A stretch of 64,000 nucleotides of DNA from Burkholderiales bacterium. Its GTDB lineage: Bacteria; Pseudomonadota; Gammaproteobacteria; Burkholderiales; Eutrophovitaceae. The translations under genes and the position numbers were made by a program. Numbering within the stretch: the first letter of the stretch is position 1; the number at the start of each line of letters is the position of its first letter. The DNA lies in the NCBI GenBank assembly GCA_035560005.1, contig DATMAN010000057.1, forward strand, positions 14,292-78,291, in the 5' to 3' direction. The notes beneath the pieces are model-generated. The model did no database searches and was not told the origin of the DNA. It was given only the letters and a program-made list of their open reading frames with translations. Positions 49,366 through 59,056 of this stretch are shown here, piece after piece.

Positions 49366-50520
49366 ATGCCAGCCAACCCCTTGCTTTTTGCGCCGCTGCA
49401 GTTGCGCGGCGTCACACTCAAGAACCGTATCGTCATCTCTCCGATGTGTCAGTACTCGGCGAAGAACGGGCTCGCCAACGACTGGCACCTTGTCCACCTG
49501 GGGAAATTCGCATTGGGTGGGGCTGGGCTGGTGTTCACGGAAGCCACTGCCGTCGAGGCGAGAGGCCGAATTACGCACGGCGATCTCGGGATCTGGTCGG
49601 ACCATCACGTGCCCCCCCTGCAACGCATTACGGCGTTCCTGAAGGGTCACGGCGCGGTGCCAGCCATGCAACTGGCGCACGCCGGCCGTAAAGCCAGCAT
49701 GCAGCGCCCGTGGCACGGCAACGGCCCCCTGGACGACACCGACCGCCGCCGCGGCGAAGATGCTTGGGAAGTGGTGGCGCCGAGCCCCGAGCCGATGGAT
49801 GCCGGCTGGCTCGTCCCTCACGAGCTGACCGTCGCCGAGATCCGCCAGGTGCAGGACGCCTGGGTCAGAGCCGCAAGGCGCGCGCTTGTGGCGGGGTTCG
49901 AGGTCATCGAACTGCACTCGGCACACGGTTATCTGGGTCACGAGTTCCTCTCGCCGCTTTCCAATAAACGGCGCGACGAGTACGGCGGTGATCTGCGGGG
50001 CCGCATGCGCTTCACCCTCGAGCTGGCGGAGGCGGTGCGAGCGGCCTGGCCGCAGGACAAGCCCCTGTTCGTGCGCGTGTCCTCCGTCGACGGAATAGAC
50101 GGCGGCTGGTCGCTCGACGATACGGTCGCGCTCGCGCGCGAGCTGAAGGCGCTCGGAGTGGACGTGCTGGATTGTTCCTCAGGCGGGCTCAAGGGCGCGG
50201 CGACGGCTGCCCGCATCAAGCGCTCGCCGGGGTTCCAGGTTCCGTTTTCGGACCGGGTACGACGCGAGGTCGGCATGAGGACCATGACGGTCGGGTTGAT
50301 CCTCGAGGCCCATCAGGCCGAAGCTATCCTGCAAGCCGGTCAAGCGGACCTCGTCGCGATCGGTCGCGAAGCGCTCTATGACCCCAACTGGCCCCTTCAC
50401 GCCGAAGTTGCATTGGGCGTCGAAGGCGAGTACGAGTCCTGGCCGGTGCAATATGGCTGGTGGCTGGAGAAGCGCCGCCACATGCTCGGATACGAACCCA
50501 AAAGGAAGGATGCAGCTTAG
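49366..50520 (+). CDS. NADH:flavin oxidoreductase, Old Yellow Enzyme family (YqjM/NamA-like)
   Basis: LFAPLQLRGVTLKNRIVISPMCQYSA..HLGKFALGGAGLVFTEA..HSAHGYL matches OYE motifs. Confidence 0.88.
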   Translation: MPANPLLFAPLQLRGVTLKNRIVISPMCQYSAKNGLANDWHLVHLGKFALGGAGLVFTEATAVEARGRITHGDLGIWSDHHVPPLQRITAFLKGHGAVPAMQLAHAGRKASMQRPWHGNGPLDDTDRRRGEDAWEVVAPSPEPMDAGWLVPHELTVAEIRQVQDAWVRAARRALVAGFEVIELHSAHGYLGHEFLSPLSNKRRDEYGGDLRGRMRFTLELAEAVRAAWPQDKPLFVRVSSVDGIDGGWSLDDTVALARELKALGVDVLDCSSGGLKGAATAARIKRSPGFQVPFSDRVRREVGMRTMTVGLILEAHQAEAILQAGQADLVAIGREALYDPNWPLHAEVALGVEGEYESWPVQYGWWLEKRRHMLGYEPKRKDAA

Positions 50521-50611
50521 TCAGGTGCGGCACTGCCAGGCTTTCCACCGCGCCCCCGCGTCGTTACGCTTGCGTCGTCAGCGACTCTGCTCTAACTAGC
50601 CGCCCCCAATC

Positions 50612-50995
50612 ATGCCTGCCGTCGGAATGAACCATTTCACCGTGCTCTCGGACGATCTGGAGCGGAGCCGGGACTTTTACATGACCGTGCTTGGACTGCA
50701 GGAAGGTCATCGTCCGCCCTTGGGCTTTCCGGGCGCCTGGCTCTACTGTGACGGCCAGGCGGTGCTGCACATCATCGCCGGCCGAAAGCTGCCCGAGCCA
50801 CGCGCTGGCGTGCTCGACCACATGGCCTTCAGCGCAAAAGATCTAAAGGGTACGGTGGAGAAGCTGCGATCGCGCGGTGTTCCGTACGAACTGCGCCGAC
50901 AGGATGAATCCGGGACATGGCAGCTCTTCTGCTTCGACCCGAGCGGCGCCAAAGTGGAGCTGGACTTCCCGCCCAGCGAACCGGCGCCTGACTGA
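50612..50995 (+). CDS. VOC/glyoxalase family protein
   Basis: MNHFTVLSDDLERSRDFYMTVLGL..LDHMAF is the glyoxalase/bleomycin-resistance fold pattern. Confidence 0.8.
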   Translation: MPAVGMNHFTVLSDDLERSRDFYMTVLGLQEGHRPPLGFPGAWLYCDGQAVLHIIAGRKLPEPRAGVLDHMAFSAKDLKGTVEKLRSRGVPYELRRQDESGTWQLFCFDPSGAKVELDFPPSEPAPD

Positions 50996-51015
50996 CCGGC
51001 ACCCGCCAGATGACG

Positions 51016-51044
51016 AAAAAAAGGCCCGCATTGAGCGGGCCTTT
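51016..51044. terminator. Bidirectional-looking intrinsic terminator (stronger in the minus direction)
   Basis: GGCCCGC-ATTGA-GCGGGCC is flanked by seven A on the left and TTT on the right. The minus-strand reading therefore has a 7-U tail. Confidence 0.6.
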
Positions 51045-51390
51045 GCGCGTAAAAGGGCAAGCCGCCCGGGGAAGTGGGCATGTTCGATCGCAGCGCAGCG
51101 CCGCTTTAGCGGCGCTTTGGCCATGCCAGCGCAACGCGCTACCTGGCCCGAGGATCCAATCTGCGCACTTCGGCCCGCCGCCGCGCCGCGGGGACGCCAC
51201 TGTCGTGGGTTCCGTACGCACACGCCCACAGCAAGGGAGGTCGGCTGCGAACGCAAACGCCGGAGAGAACGACGAGGCAGTCAGGCCCTGCCGGAGCGGC
51301 TTACCGAAAGTCAGCTTCACCCGGTCGGCGAACACTTTGTGTACCGGCCTGTGAAGACGCTCAAGAAGGTAGCCAAGTTCTGCAGAAAGA

Positions 51391-51417
51391 TCAAATCTAT
51401 CAAAATGATAGATTTGA
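51391..51417. repeat. Perfect 12-bp AT-rich inverted repeat with a 3-nt spacer
   Basis: TCAAATCTATCA-AAA-TGATAGATTTGA read directly. It sits in a local low-GC patch. Confidence 0.9.
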
Positions 51418-51505
51418 AATACATCCTGAAATCAGCCTGTTGCCGGTGTCCCCCCAAGGAAATTCCATGGAACTTCAATCGCCGTGCCTACCGTGCGGCC
51501 GGCGA

Positions 51506-52414
51506 TCAGCCGGCCCGCAGCGCGGGGATCCTCTGGAACTCGGCCCGCAGGAAGTCCACGTAGGCGCGGACCTTCGCCGAGAGATGTCGGCCCGAAGGGT
51601 AGACCGCGTGAATATCCATCAGCGTCGGCGCAAAGTTGGTCAGGATCGCCCGCATGGCCCCCGACTCGATGTCCTTCTGGGCGATCCACTCCGGGGTCAC
51701 CGCAACGCCAAGGTCATTGAGCACGGCCTGGCGGATTGCCTCGCCGTTGTTGGTTCGGAAGTTCCCCGACACCTTCACGCGGATCTCTTGCCCATCAGGA
51801 CCCTGGAACATCCATTCGTTTCCGGTCGACAGATAGGCATAGAGGATGCAATTGTGGTGTACCAGCTCCTGCGGGGTCTTTGGAACCCCGTGCTTCTTGA
51901 GGTACGCCGGTGTCGCCACGGCCACGCGCCGCGTCTTCCCCAGGCGGCGCGCCACGAGGTTCGAGTCGCCCAGGCGTCCGATGCGGATGGCCACGTCGAC
52001 ACCCTCCTCCACGACGTCCACGAATCGATCCACCAGCGCGAGATCGACCTCCACCTCGGGATGCAGCTTCTGAAACTTCAGGGTAAGCGGTCCGACGTAC
52101 ATCTGACCGAGCGCGATCGAAGTGTTGATCTTCAGCAGGCCTGCCAGCTGGCCCTGCAGCCTTCCCAGATTGGCTTCCGTCTCGCGCACCTGGTCGAGGA
52201 TGCGCTTGCAGGCTTCGTAGTATTCGCTGCCCGCCTCCGTCAGGCTCAGTTGCCGTGTACTGCGGTTGAGGAGCCGGACCTTGAGCTTGTGTTCCAGCGC
52301 CGAGAGCTGCTTGCTGACGGTGGGCTGGGTCATGTCCATCTCTCGCGCCACCGCCGAGAAGCTGCCGGTCTCGACGATTCGGACGAACAACTCCATGGCG
52401 GTCAGTCGATCCAT
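51506..52414 (-). CDS. LysR family transcriptional regulator
   Basis: N-terminal wHTH (MDRLTAMELFVRIVETGSFSAVAREMDMTQPTVSKQLSALE) and a LysR substrate-binding domain. Confidence 0.9.
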   Translation of the reverse strand: MDRLTAMELFVRIVETGSFSAVAREMDMTQPTVSKQLSALEHKLKVRLLNRSTRQLSLTEAGSEYYEACKRILDQVRETEANLGRLQGQLAGLLKINTSIALGQMYVGPLTLKFQKLHPEVEVDLALVDRFVDVVEEGVDVAIRIGRLGDSNLVARRLGKTRRVAVATPAYLKKHGVPKTPQELVHHNCILYAYLSTGNEWMFQGPDGQEIRVKVSGNFRTNNGEAIRQAVLNDLGVAVTPEWIAQKDIESGAMRAILTNFAPTLMDIHAVYPSGRHLSAKVRAYVDFLRAEFQRIPALRAG

Positions 52415-52426
52415 GCGCCGACCTCC

Positions 52427-52687
52427 TCACCTTGCTTGTGGCGCGGTTTCCTGGCGCGCCTGCCCTGCCGAAGGTGCGACAGTCCGGTTCGTGGCGCGCC
52501 CGTCGATCTCCCGCGGCGTCGACCGAGGCAAGGATTCGATCGTGCGCTCGCGCCGGTAGTACTCGATCCAGTGACCGATCTCGCCTTCCCTGGCCTTGAC
52601 GGCGGCATCCTCCGCCGCGCCGGCGGATGCCGCCATCAGCACCCACGCGACCATGGCCAGCCTCAAAGCGGCTGCCCGGACATGCAC
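52427..52687 (-). CDS. Hypothetical small secreted protein
   Basis: High third-position GC. The GTG start gives a plausible signal peptide (RAAALRLAMVAWVLMAASAGA-AED). It overlaps the upstream ORF by 25 nt and ends 13 nt before lysR. No family was recognised. Confidence 0.4.
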   Translation of the reverse strand: MHVRAAALRLAMVAWVLMAASAGAAEDAAVKAREGEIGHWIEYYRRERTIESLPRSTPREIDGRATNRTVAPSAGQARQETAPQAR

Positions 52688-52998
52688 GCGTCGTACACCA
52701 TGTCCCCGAATACCTGCTCGCTGAGCGCTGTCGCCTCTGCCCCGCGTGCCACCAGCCAGGCGTACGCTTCATCGAGCGCGCGACCCACGAACGCGATCTC
52801 ATTCTCGGTTTCGTCGCCTTTCCAGTGCACTTTGATCTGGTCGCGGGGCGTTCCTTGCTTGAAATAATAGTGCGCGAGTACCTGCAGTCTTGCGGTGTAG
52901 ACGCAACGCTCGGTCTTGCTCATCTGCGTGATCCGGTCGGCCACGGCGGGAAAACTGACGAAAACCAGCGATAACAGGCAGACAATCGATTTCTTCAT
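52663..52998 (-). CDS. Hypothetical small secreted two-Cys protein
   Basis: Start MKKSIVCLLSLVFVSFPAVA (signal peptide), 111 aa. It looks distantly related to the divergent ORF 53155-53514. Confidence 0.55.
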   Translation of the reverse strand: MKKSIVCLLSLVFVSFPAVADRITQMSKTERCVYTARLQVLAHYYFKQGTPRDQIKVHWKGDETENEIAFVGRALDEAYAWLVARGAEATALSEQVFGDMVYDACMSGQPL

Positions 52999-53154
52999 GA
53001 GGATCCTCGCACTCGTAATGCGCCGTGTTGCAGCACGCCCGAGTCTAGCAGAAGCCCTGCTCTCGACTACAATGGGACGCAGGATGCCCGCTCCGCCGGG
53101 GGTCCGACATGCGGCGCTCGCAACGCAGGCGGTTTCCTCAGACTGAGGGGGCAA

Positions 53155-53514
53155 ATGAACAGACTGACCGTGCTTCTCGCTGGCGTCTTCGCTCACACCC
53201 TGTTCGCTCCCGCGCTCGCGCATCCGCCCACGCTCGCGGAATGCCGGGAAGGAGGAGAGTTCATCCGGCACGCGGCGATGTCGCGCGACAACGGGATCAC
53301 CAAGCAGGTTTTCATGGACAGGCTCGCGCAAGACATCGCGCTGGTACAGGCGTTCCCGCCGGACCTGCGCTGGTTCGTGCAGGACGACTACGACGTGCGC
53401 TTTCTGACCGCCGCGGCCGAACGGGTCTTCGATGAGCCGAGCGAACCGCAGCGGCACGAAGCGGTCTTCGTGCGCGACTGCCTCGAGGCCACCGTATGGA
53501 ACCGCGATCGGTAG
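53155..53514 (+). CDS. Hypothetical small secreted two-Cys protein
   Basis: Signal peptide MNRLTVLLAGVFAHTLFAPALA, GAGGGGG SD-like tract upstream, 119 aa, one Cys near each end as in ORF 52663-52998. Confidence 0.55.
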   Translation: MNRLTVLLAGVFAHTLFAPALAHPPTLAECREGGEFIRHAAMSRDNGITKQVFMDRLAQDIALVQAFPPDLRWFVQDDYDVRFLTAAAERVFDEPSEPQRHEAVFVRDCLEATVWNRDR

Positions 53515-53982
53515 TTACGCCCGGTTGCGGCCTGAGGGATCGGTCGACTTGAGCGCCGACATGGCTTCCTGGAACTGCTCGATGGGAGCCTCGTCAACCG
53601 TGTAACCCGCTGCTCTGCGCGAGGGACGATAGCCCTGCGCGGCGTAGAGATCCTCCTGCAATTCCTCTTTGTCCAGCACCGCGACCGGGAATCGCCAGAA
53701 CGCGCGTTCGACGGTCAGGCCCGTTGTCTTGCGTACTTCGTCGATGACGGCCATTTCCAGCATGTGGGAGCTGCGCAGTTTCTCGCTCGGCCTCGCCTCC
53801 ACCAGCACGACGAAGCGACGCCCACCGAGGACCGGATAGCTCGTCACGTGGGCATCGATGGCATTGGCCTTGAGGTACCCGGAGGCCGACTCGGCGACCC
53901 GGCGCATCGCCGCCCGCGCCCGGCGATCTCTGATCTTCAGAAAAAGGATGTAGCCCAGCAGCGTGATCACCGTCGCCGCCAC
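53515..53982 (-). CDS. Hypothetical N-terminally membrane-anchored protein
   Basis: 155-aa ORF (GTG start) with a single N-terminal TM helix (VAATVITLLGYILFL) followed by a basic stretch. No family was recognised. It abuts the stop of 53155-53514 with zero spacing. Confidence 0.45.
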   Translation of the reverse strand: MAATVITLLGYILFLKIRDRRARAAMRRVAESASGYLKANAIDAHVTSYPVLGGRRFVVLVEARPSEKLRSSHMLEMAVIDEVRKTTGLTVERAFWRFPVAVLDKEELQEDLYAAQGYRPSRRAAGYTVDEAPIEQFQEAMSALKSTDPSGRNRA

Positions 53983-54068
53983 GACGTACAGGGCCTGAAG
54001 ATTGAAAACGATACGGTCAACATGGCTGCTCGGTCAAGCGGCCACGCTGGGCCGGATGCCCTGGGTTG

Positions 54069-55106
54069 TCATGCCACTTGCGACAAGCTGCGCACATACC
54101 ATTCCATGGCTTCCTCGAGGCCTTCGCGAACGCGATGGGTAGGGACGTAGTCGAGGAGCTTGCGGGCCTTGGAGATATCCGCTTGAGAGTGACGAACATC
54201 GCCTTCCCTGAAATCCCGGTAACGCGGCCGAGTATCGCGCACCTGCGGAAAATGCTTCGCCAGCAACGCCCGTTGGAGCTCGAACAGCTCGTTCAGCGTG
54301 GTACGTTCGCCCACAGCGACGTTGTATACCTGATTGAGCGCTTCCGGCTCATCAGTCATGGCGGCCAGCAGATTCACCTGGATCGCGTTCTCCACGTAGC
54401 AGAAGTCACGGCTGGTCTGTCCGTCGCCGTTGATGTAAACCGGCTCGCCGCGAATGAGTTGGGCGATCCACTTGGGGATCACCGCCGCATAGGCGCCCTC
54501 GGGATCCTGGCGTGGACCGAATACGTTGAAGTATCGAAGACCGATGGAAATCATCCCGTAGCAGCGGGCGAAGACATCGGCGTACAGTTCGTTCGCATAT
54601 TTGGTAACGGCATAGGGCGAAAGCGGCCTGCCGATCGCCTCTTCCACCTTGGGTAGAGCCGGGTGGTCGCCGTAGGTGGAACTGGATACGGCGTAAATGA
54701 ACCGGCCGACACCCGCATCGCGCGCCGCGACCAGCATGTTCACGAAGCCCGTGAGATTGGTTCCGTGAGTCATCAGCGGGTCTTCTATGGAGCGCGGGAC
54801 GGAGCCCAGAGCCGCTTGATGAAGCACGTATTCAACCCCATCACAGGCTCGGCGGCAGTCCGCCAGACTTCGGATATCGCCCTCGATAAAGGCAAAGTTG
54901 CGCCACGCCTGCGGACCGACTGTTGCCTTCACTTCCTCAAGGTTGCGGGCATGGCCGGTCGCGAAATTGTCGAGACCGACGACCTTCTGGCCAAGCTTGA
55001 GCAGCGCTTCCAACAGGTGCGAACCGATGAACCCGGCGACACCGGTGATCAGCCAACGCCGCGGGCGCTCCCGAATCTGCTGCTGAATCTCCAGGTAGCG
55101 TGACAT
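54069..55106 (-). CDS. NAD-dependent nucleotide-sugar 4-epimerase, TviC/WbpP-like (UDP-GlcNAc(A) 4-epimerase)
   Basis: [25 protein letters not shown], the catalytic [11 protein letters not shown], and NVFGPRQDP. Confidence 0.9.
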   Translation of the reverse strand: MSRYLEIQQQIRERPRRWLITGVAGFIGSHLLEALLKLGQKVVGLDNFATGHARNLEEVKATVGPQAWRNFAFIEGDIRSLADCRRACDGVEYVLHQAALGSVPRSIEDPLMTHGTNLTGFVNMLVAARDAGVGRFIYAVSSSTYGDHPALPKVEEAIGRPLSPYAVTKYANELYADVFARCYGMISIGLRYFNVFGPRQDPEGAYAAVIPKWIAQLIRGEPVYINGDGQTSRDFCYVENAIQVNLLAAMTDEPEALNQVYNVAVGERTTLNELFELQRALLAKHFPQVRDTRPRYRDFREGDVRHSQADISKARKLLDYVPTHRVREGLEEAMEWYVRSLSQVA

Positions 55107-55124
55107 GCACAGAGAGCCGTGGAA

Positions 55125-56405
55125 TCACAACCGCCAGACGGTGAGGCCCGCTTTCTGCAGCGCCTTGAGGTCGAACTGGCTCTTGACGTCGATGAAGCAC
55201 CCTCGCTCGACCACTTTCGTGAGGTAATCGGCCAGCGATCGCTCCAAGAACCGTCGATGCGCCACTGCCACAACGATGGCATCGGCCCGCGGCAGTGATT
55301 CCCAGGGCACGAGATCCAGACCGTACTCGTGCCGCGCCTCGCCGGCATCGGCCACGGGATCGTGCACATGAACATGCATCCCGTAGGATTTCAGTTCGCT
55401 GATCACATCGATGACTCGCGTGTTGCGGATGTCAGGGCAGTTCTCCTTGAAGGTCAATCCCAGCACATTGACCTGCGAGCCCTTGATGTGCGAGCCGTTG
55501 CGAATCATGTGTTTGACGGTCTGCTCGGCGATGAACTTGCCCATTCCGTCGTTGATGCGACGCCCCGCGAGAATTACCTGTGGGTGATACCCGATCTTTT
55601 CCGCCTTGTGGGTGAGATAGTAAGGATCGACCCCGATGCAGTGCCCGCCAACGAGCCCAGGCCGGAAAGGAAGGAAGTTCCACTTGGTGCCGGCGGCCTG
55701 CAGCACTTCCAGAGTGTCGATGCCCATGCGGTCGAAGAGGATGGCCAATTCGTTCATCAACGCGATATTGAGATCACGCTGGGTATTCTCGATCACCTTG
55801 GCCGCTTCGGCCACCTTGATGCTCGATGCACGGTATACGCCCGCCGTCACGATCTCCTCGTACAGCCCCGCCACCTTATTGAGTGTTTCTTCACTGTCGC
55901 CGGAAACCACTTTGAGGATCTTCGGCAACGTGTGCTCTTTGTCGCCGGGATTGATGCGCTCCGGAGAGTAGCCGACGTGGAAGTCCCGCCGCCATTGCAT
56001 GCCCGAGAACTTCTCGAGGATGGGGACGCACACCTCTTCTGTCGCACCCGGATAGACTGTCGATTCGTAGACGACCGTCGCGCCGCGCTTCATGAATTTT
56101 CCGACCGATTCGCTGGCGCCCGTCAATGCGCCCAGATCCGGCTGGTGCGCGGCATCCACCGGTGTTGGAACAGCCACGATGATGAAATCGGCCTGCCCGA
56201 GCGCTGCAGGGTCTGTGGTCACGCTGAGCAGTCGAGCGGCGCGCAGCTCCTCGCTCGACACCTCTCCAGTTGGATCGATGTGCCGTCGATAGCTCTCGAC
56301 CTTGGCTTCCGACAGATCGAAGCCGATGGTCTTGCGCTTTTTTCCGAACTCCACCGCAAGCGGTAACCCGACGTATCCCAAGCCAACGACAGCAACGACG
56401 CTCAT
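55125..56405 (-). CDS. UDP-N-acetyl-D-glucosamine 6-dehydrogenase, TviB/WbpO-like
   Basis: [30 protein letters not shown] and the catalytic Cys region [14 protein letters not shown]. It is paired with the TviC-like epimerase. Confidence 0.9.
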   Translation of the reverse strand: MSVVAVVGLGYVGLPLAVEFGKKRKTIGFDLSEAKVESYRRHIDPTGEVSSEELRAARLLSVTTDPAALGQADFIIVAVPTPVDAAHQPDLGALTGASESVGKFMKRGATVVYESTVYPGATEEVCVPILEKFSGMQWRRDFHVGYSPERINPGDKEHTLPKILKVVSGDSEETLNKVAGLYEEIVTAGVYRASSIKVAEAAKVIENTQRDLNIALMNELAILFDRMGIDTLEVLQAAGTKWNFLPFRPGLVGGHCIGVDPYYLTHKAEKIGYHPQVILAGRRINDGMGKFIAEQTVKHMIRNGSHIKGSQVNVLGLTFKENCPDIRNTRVIDVISELKSYGMHVHVHDPVADAGEARHEYGLDLVPWESLPRADAIVVAVAHRRFLERSLADYLTKVVERGCFIDVKSQFDLKALQKAGLTVWRL

Positions 56406-56485
56406 GATTCGCACCTGTTCATATCCGCATGGTCTGCCACCGAATCGGCATAATGCAAGAACCACGTTCGGCAAGTGGTCTGGAG

Positions 56486-56962
56486 ATGAATCTCACGAAG
56501 CTCGCGGTTTGCCTTTCACGAATGACACCGAGGAAGACGCATATTGTCTTGCCCCTGCTACTCATGATTGCGCTCTACTGGTTATCCTCTATCCCGGGCA
56601 CGCCGATGCCCGATGAAGCTGCCGTCCACAGGCTGTTTCTCTGGATTCCGCCCTCTGTGCAGAATCTGTTGCACGTCCCGACCTATGCCGGCCTCACGCT
56701 CGCTTGGCATTGGGCGCTGCAGGCGTGGCTGCGAAGCCGGATCATGGGCGCAGCCAGTGCTGGCATGATCGCTTCGCTTTTTGGTTTGTTCGATGAATGG
56801 CATCAGTCCTTCGTGCCAGGCCGTTATGCCTCACTCACCGACCTCGTGTTCAATCTCGTCGGAGTTGCGACGGGGCTTTGGTTTGCCATTCGGATCGGAC
56901 TACAGACCGGGAACTTTCCCTCCACAGAGGCAAAGGGTCCGGGTGCCCTCCCGCCTGATTGA
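56486..56962 (+). CDS. VanZ-like family membrane protein
   Basis: Four TM segments and a [11 protein letters not shown] motif. The start could be 56486 or 56522. Confidence 0.7.
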   Translation: MNLTKLAVCLSRMTPRKTHIVLPLLLMIALYWLSSIPGTPMPDEAAVHRLFLWIPPSVQNLLHVPTYAGLTLAWHWALQAWLRSRIMGAASAGMIASLFGLFDEWHQSFVPGRYASLTDLVFNLVGVATGLWFAIRIGLQTGNFPSTEAKGPGALPPD

Positions 56963-56996
56963 TTTTCACATTCTGTTCAACGTTTCAAACACCTGT

Positions 56997-58211
56997 TCAG
57001 CGAAGAGCCCGTGTCTGTTGACGTGCAACAGGGCCTGCCATGACAGATGGAGAGCTTGCCTCTGCAGCCCCGTGGTCGAGCCATCGCCTCAGCACCGTCG
57101 CAATGCGTTCGGCAGCCTGTCCGTCCCATAGCTCCGGCACTCTTCCCGCTTTCCCGCCCGTGCGCAAGATGTCTTCAACGGCGGCGAGAATACGCGCGCG
57201 ATCGTTTCCAACCACCACGTTAGTGCCTTCCTGCACCGTTATCGGACGCTCAGTAGTATCGCGCAGGGTGACGCAAGGCACTCCAAGGGCTGTCGTCTCC
57301 TCTTGAATGCCCCCTGAATCGGTAAGGACCAGTCGTGCCGACTGCATCAGTCCGAGCATTTCGAGATAGCCCAGCGGCGGCAGCTTCAAGATCGACGAGC
57401 TGTCCAACAGATCGCCTAAGCCGTACTGGTCGATTTTGCCGCGCGTCCTGGGGTGGACCGGAAAGACCACCGGCAGACGCGTGCCCACATCCCGGATGGC
57501 AGCGAGCAGGCGCCCTAAAGTCGCAGGATCGTCCACATTGGAAGGCCGGTGCAGAGTGAGCACCGCGTAAGGCTTCTGCACCCAACTCGCGGCAGCTCCG
57601 TATCGGCACACGGTTCGAGCGGGCGGTATGGCATCCTTCAAGCTGTATCGCAGCGTGTCAATCATGACGTTGCCTACGAAGTGGATGCGAGCAGTTTCGA
57701 TGCCTTCGCGCAACAAGTTCTCGCGCGCGCCTTTCTCCGTGGTGAACAGCAGCTCCGAAATCTGATCAGTGAGCACCCGATTGATCTCCTCGGGCATCGT
57801 GCGGTCGAAACTTCGCAACCCGGCTTCGACGTGAATCACGGGAACGCCCTTTTTGACCGCTACCAGGGCGCAAGCCAAAGTGGAATTCACGTCGCCCACG
57901 ACCAGTACCGCCGCAGGCCTTTGCTGATCAACAACCGGTTCGAAACGCCGCATGATCTCGGCCGTCTGAACCGCATGCGAGGCTGACCCGACCCCCAGGT
58001 TGATGTCCGGCTCAGGTATTCCTAGAGCTTCGAAAAACTGATCATTCATGTCCGCGTCGTAATGCTGGCCTGTGTGCACCAGCCGTACCGGCAGTGGCGG
58101 CGCGCCGCTGCGCATCGCCCGGATGACCGCCGCGATCTTCATCAGATTGGGGCGCGCTCCCACGACACAAAGTATGGAAGCATCGGCTGCGTTCGGTAAC
58201 GATGCCTTCAT
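56997..58211 (-). CDS. wecB: UDP-N-acetylglucosamine 2-epimerase (non-hydrolysing)
   Basis: VVGARPNLMKIAAV, VHTGQHYD, LVVGDVNSTLA, LTDSGGIQEE. The start MKASLP overlaps the stop of the upstream ATPase gene (ATGA). Confidence 0.92.
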   Translation of the reverse strand: MKASLPNAADASILCVVGARPNLMKIAAVIRAMRSGAPPLPVRLVHTGQHYDADMNDQFFEALGIPEPDINLGVGSASHAVQTAEIMRRFEPVVDQQRPAAVLVVGDVNSTLACALVAVKKGVPVIHVEAGLRSFDRTMPEEINRVLTDQISELLFTTEKGARENLLREGIETARIHFVGNVMIDTLRYSLKDAIPPARTVCRYGAAASWVQKPYAVLTLHRPSNVDDPATLGRLLAAIRDVGTRLPVVFPVHPRTRGKIDQYGLGDLLDSSSILKLPPLGYLEMLGLMQSARLVLTDSGGIQEETTALGVPCVTLRDTTERPITVQEGTNVVVGNDRARILAAVEDILRTGGKAGRVPELWDGQAAERIATVLRRWLDHGAAEASSPSVMAGPVARQQTRALR

Positions 58212-59050
58212 CGTTCCTGCTTGAGCCGCATTTCCGCCGGCGCGAATTCCTGGTGCATTTCGCTGATCACTTGCGCCACGTCTGCACCGGTAAATGCGTG
58301 CTTTTCGTCGAGATGGCCGAGGATCAGCAGACGATCGCAGAGCACGTTGATCCTCCGTGGAATCCCGCCGGTATGCTCGTAGATAGCCGTGAAAGCATCG
58401 TTGCTGAAGGATGGATCGTTCCGCCAGCCTACAGTCTGCAGACGGTGCAGGATGTAGGCTTTCGTTTCCGCGGCATCCATCGGTCCTAGGTGGCACGAAG
58501 CGATGATTCGCTGGCTGAGCTGTTCCATTTCTGGTTTCTGCAGCGTCCTGCGAAACTCGGGCTGTCCGAGCAGAAAAGTCTGCAGCAAAGGCCTCCCGCC
58601 GGTCATGAAGTTCGAGAGCATTCGCAGTTCTTCCAACGATTTCGCCGGAAGATTCTGTGCCTCATCCACGATCAGAAGTACTCGCTTGCCCTTCTTTTGA
58701 CAGGCAAGCAGGAACTGTTCGATCCGGTTGAGCAGGACCGCCTTGCTGTTTTCCTGCGCCAACCCAAACGCCGAGGCCACCATGCGCACGAGGTCGTCGG
58801 CTTCAAGGCTCGTACTCACCACCTGCGCAAGCACCAGGGATTGTGACGTCAGCTTGCGGGCGAGGGTGCTGGCAAGCATGGTCTTTCCGGCGCCGATCTC
58901 TCCGGTGATGACGATGAACCCCTCCCCTTGATGAATCCCGTAGGTCAGATAGGCCATGGCACGGCGATGACCCCAGCTCGGGAACAGGAACCGGGGATCT
59001 GGGCTGAGCTGAAAGGGCTTGGCCTGAAAGCGATAGAAAGCTTCGTACAT
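58208..59050 (-). CDS. PEP-CTERM/XrtA-locus AAA ATPase (ExeA/GspA-like)
   Basis: MYEAFYRFQAKPFQLSPDPRFLF..ITGEIGAGKT.. and Walker B LLIVDEAQNL. Gene context matches the EPS locus ATPase family. Confidence 0.85.
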   Translation of the reverse strand: MYEAFYRFQAKPFQLSPDPRFLFPSWGHRRAMAYLTYGIHQGEGFIVITGEIGAGKTMLASTLARKLTSQSLVLAQVVSTSLEADDLVRMVASAFGLAQENSKAVLLNRIEQFLLACQKKGKRVLLIVDEAQNLPAKSLEELRMLSNFMTGGRPLLQTFLLGQPEFRRTLQKPEMEQLSQRIIASCHLGPMDAAETKAYILHRLQTVGWRNDPSFSNDAFTAIYEHTGGIPRRINVLCDRLLILGHLDEKHAFTGADVAQVISEMHQEFAPAEMRLKQER

Positions 59051-59056
59051 GAAGCC

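Noticed and set aside
51196-51202. A GCCACTG B12-box-like heptamer, considered as a possible cobalamin riboswitch in the 51.0-51.5 kb spacer.
   Set aside because: The upstream GGGAA/CGGUG..CCG core and the downstream AGCCAGGAGACCUGCC-like elements are absent. There is also no downstream plus-strand gene to regulate.
50829-51335. A 168-aa minus-strand ORF in the VOC/lysR convergent spacer.
   Set aside because: It reads through the terminator hairpin at 51016-51044 and into the antisense of the VOC gene. Its composition is Arg/Ala/Pro/Cys-rich and not protein-like.
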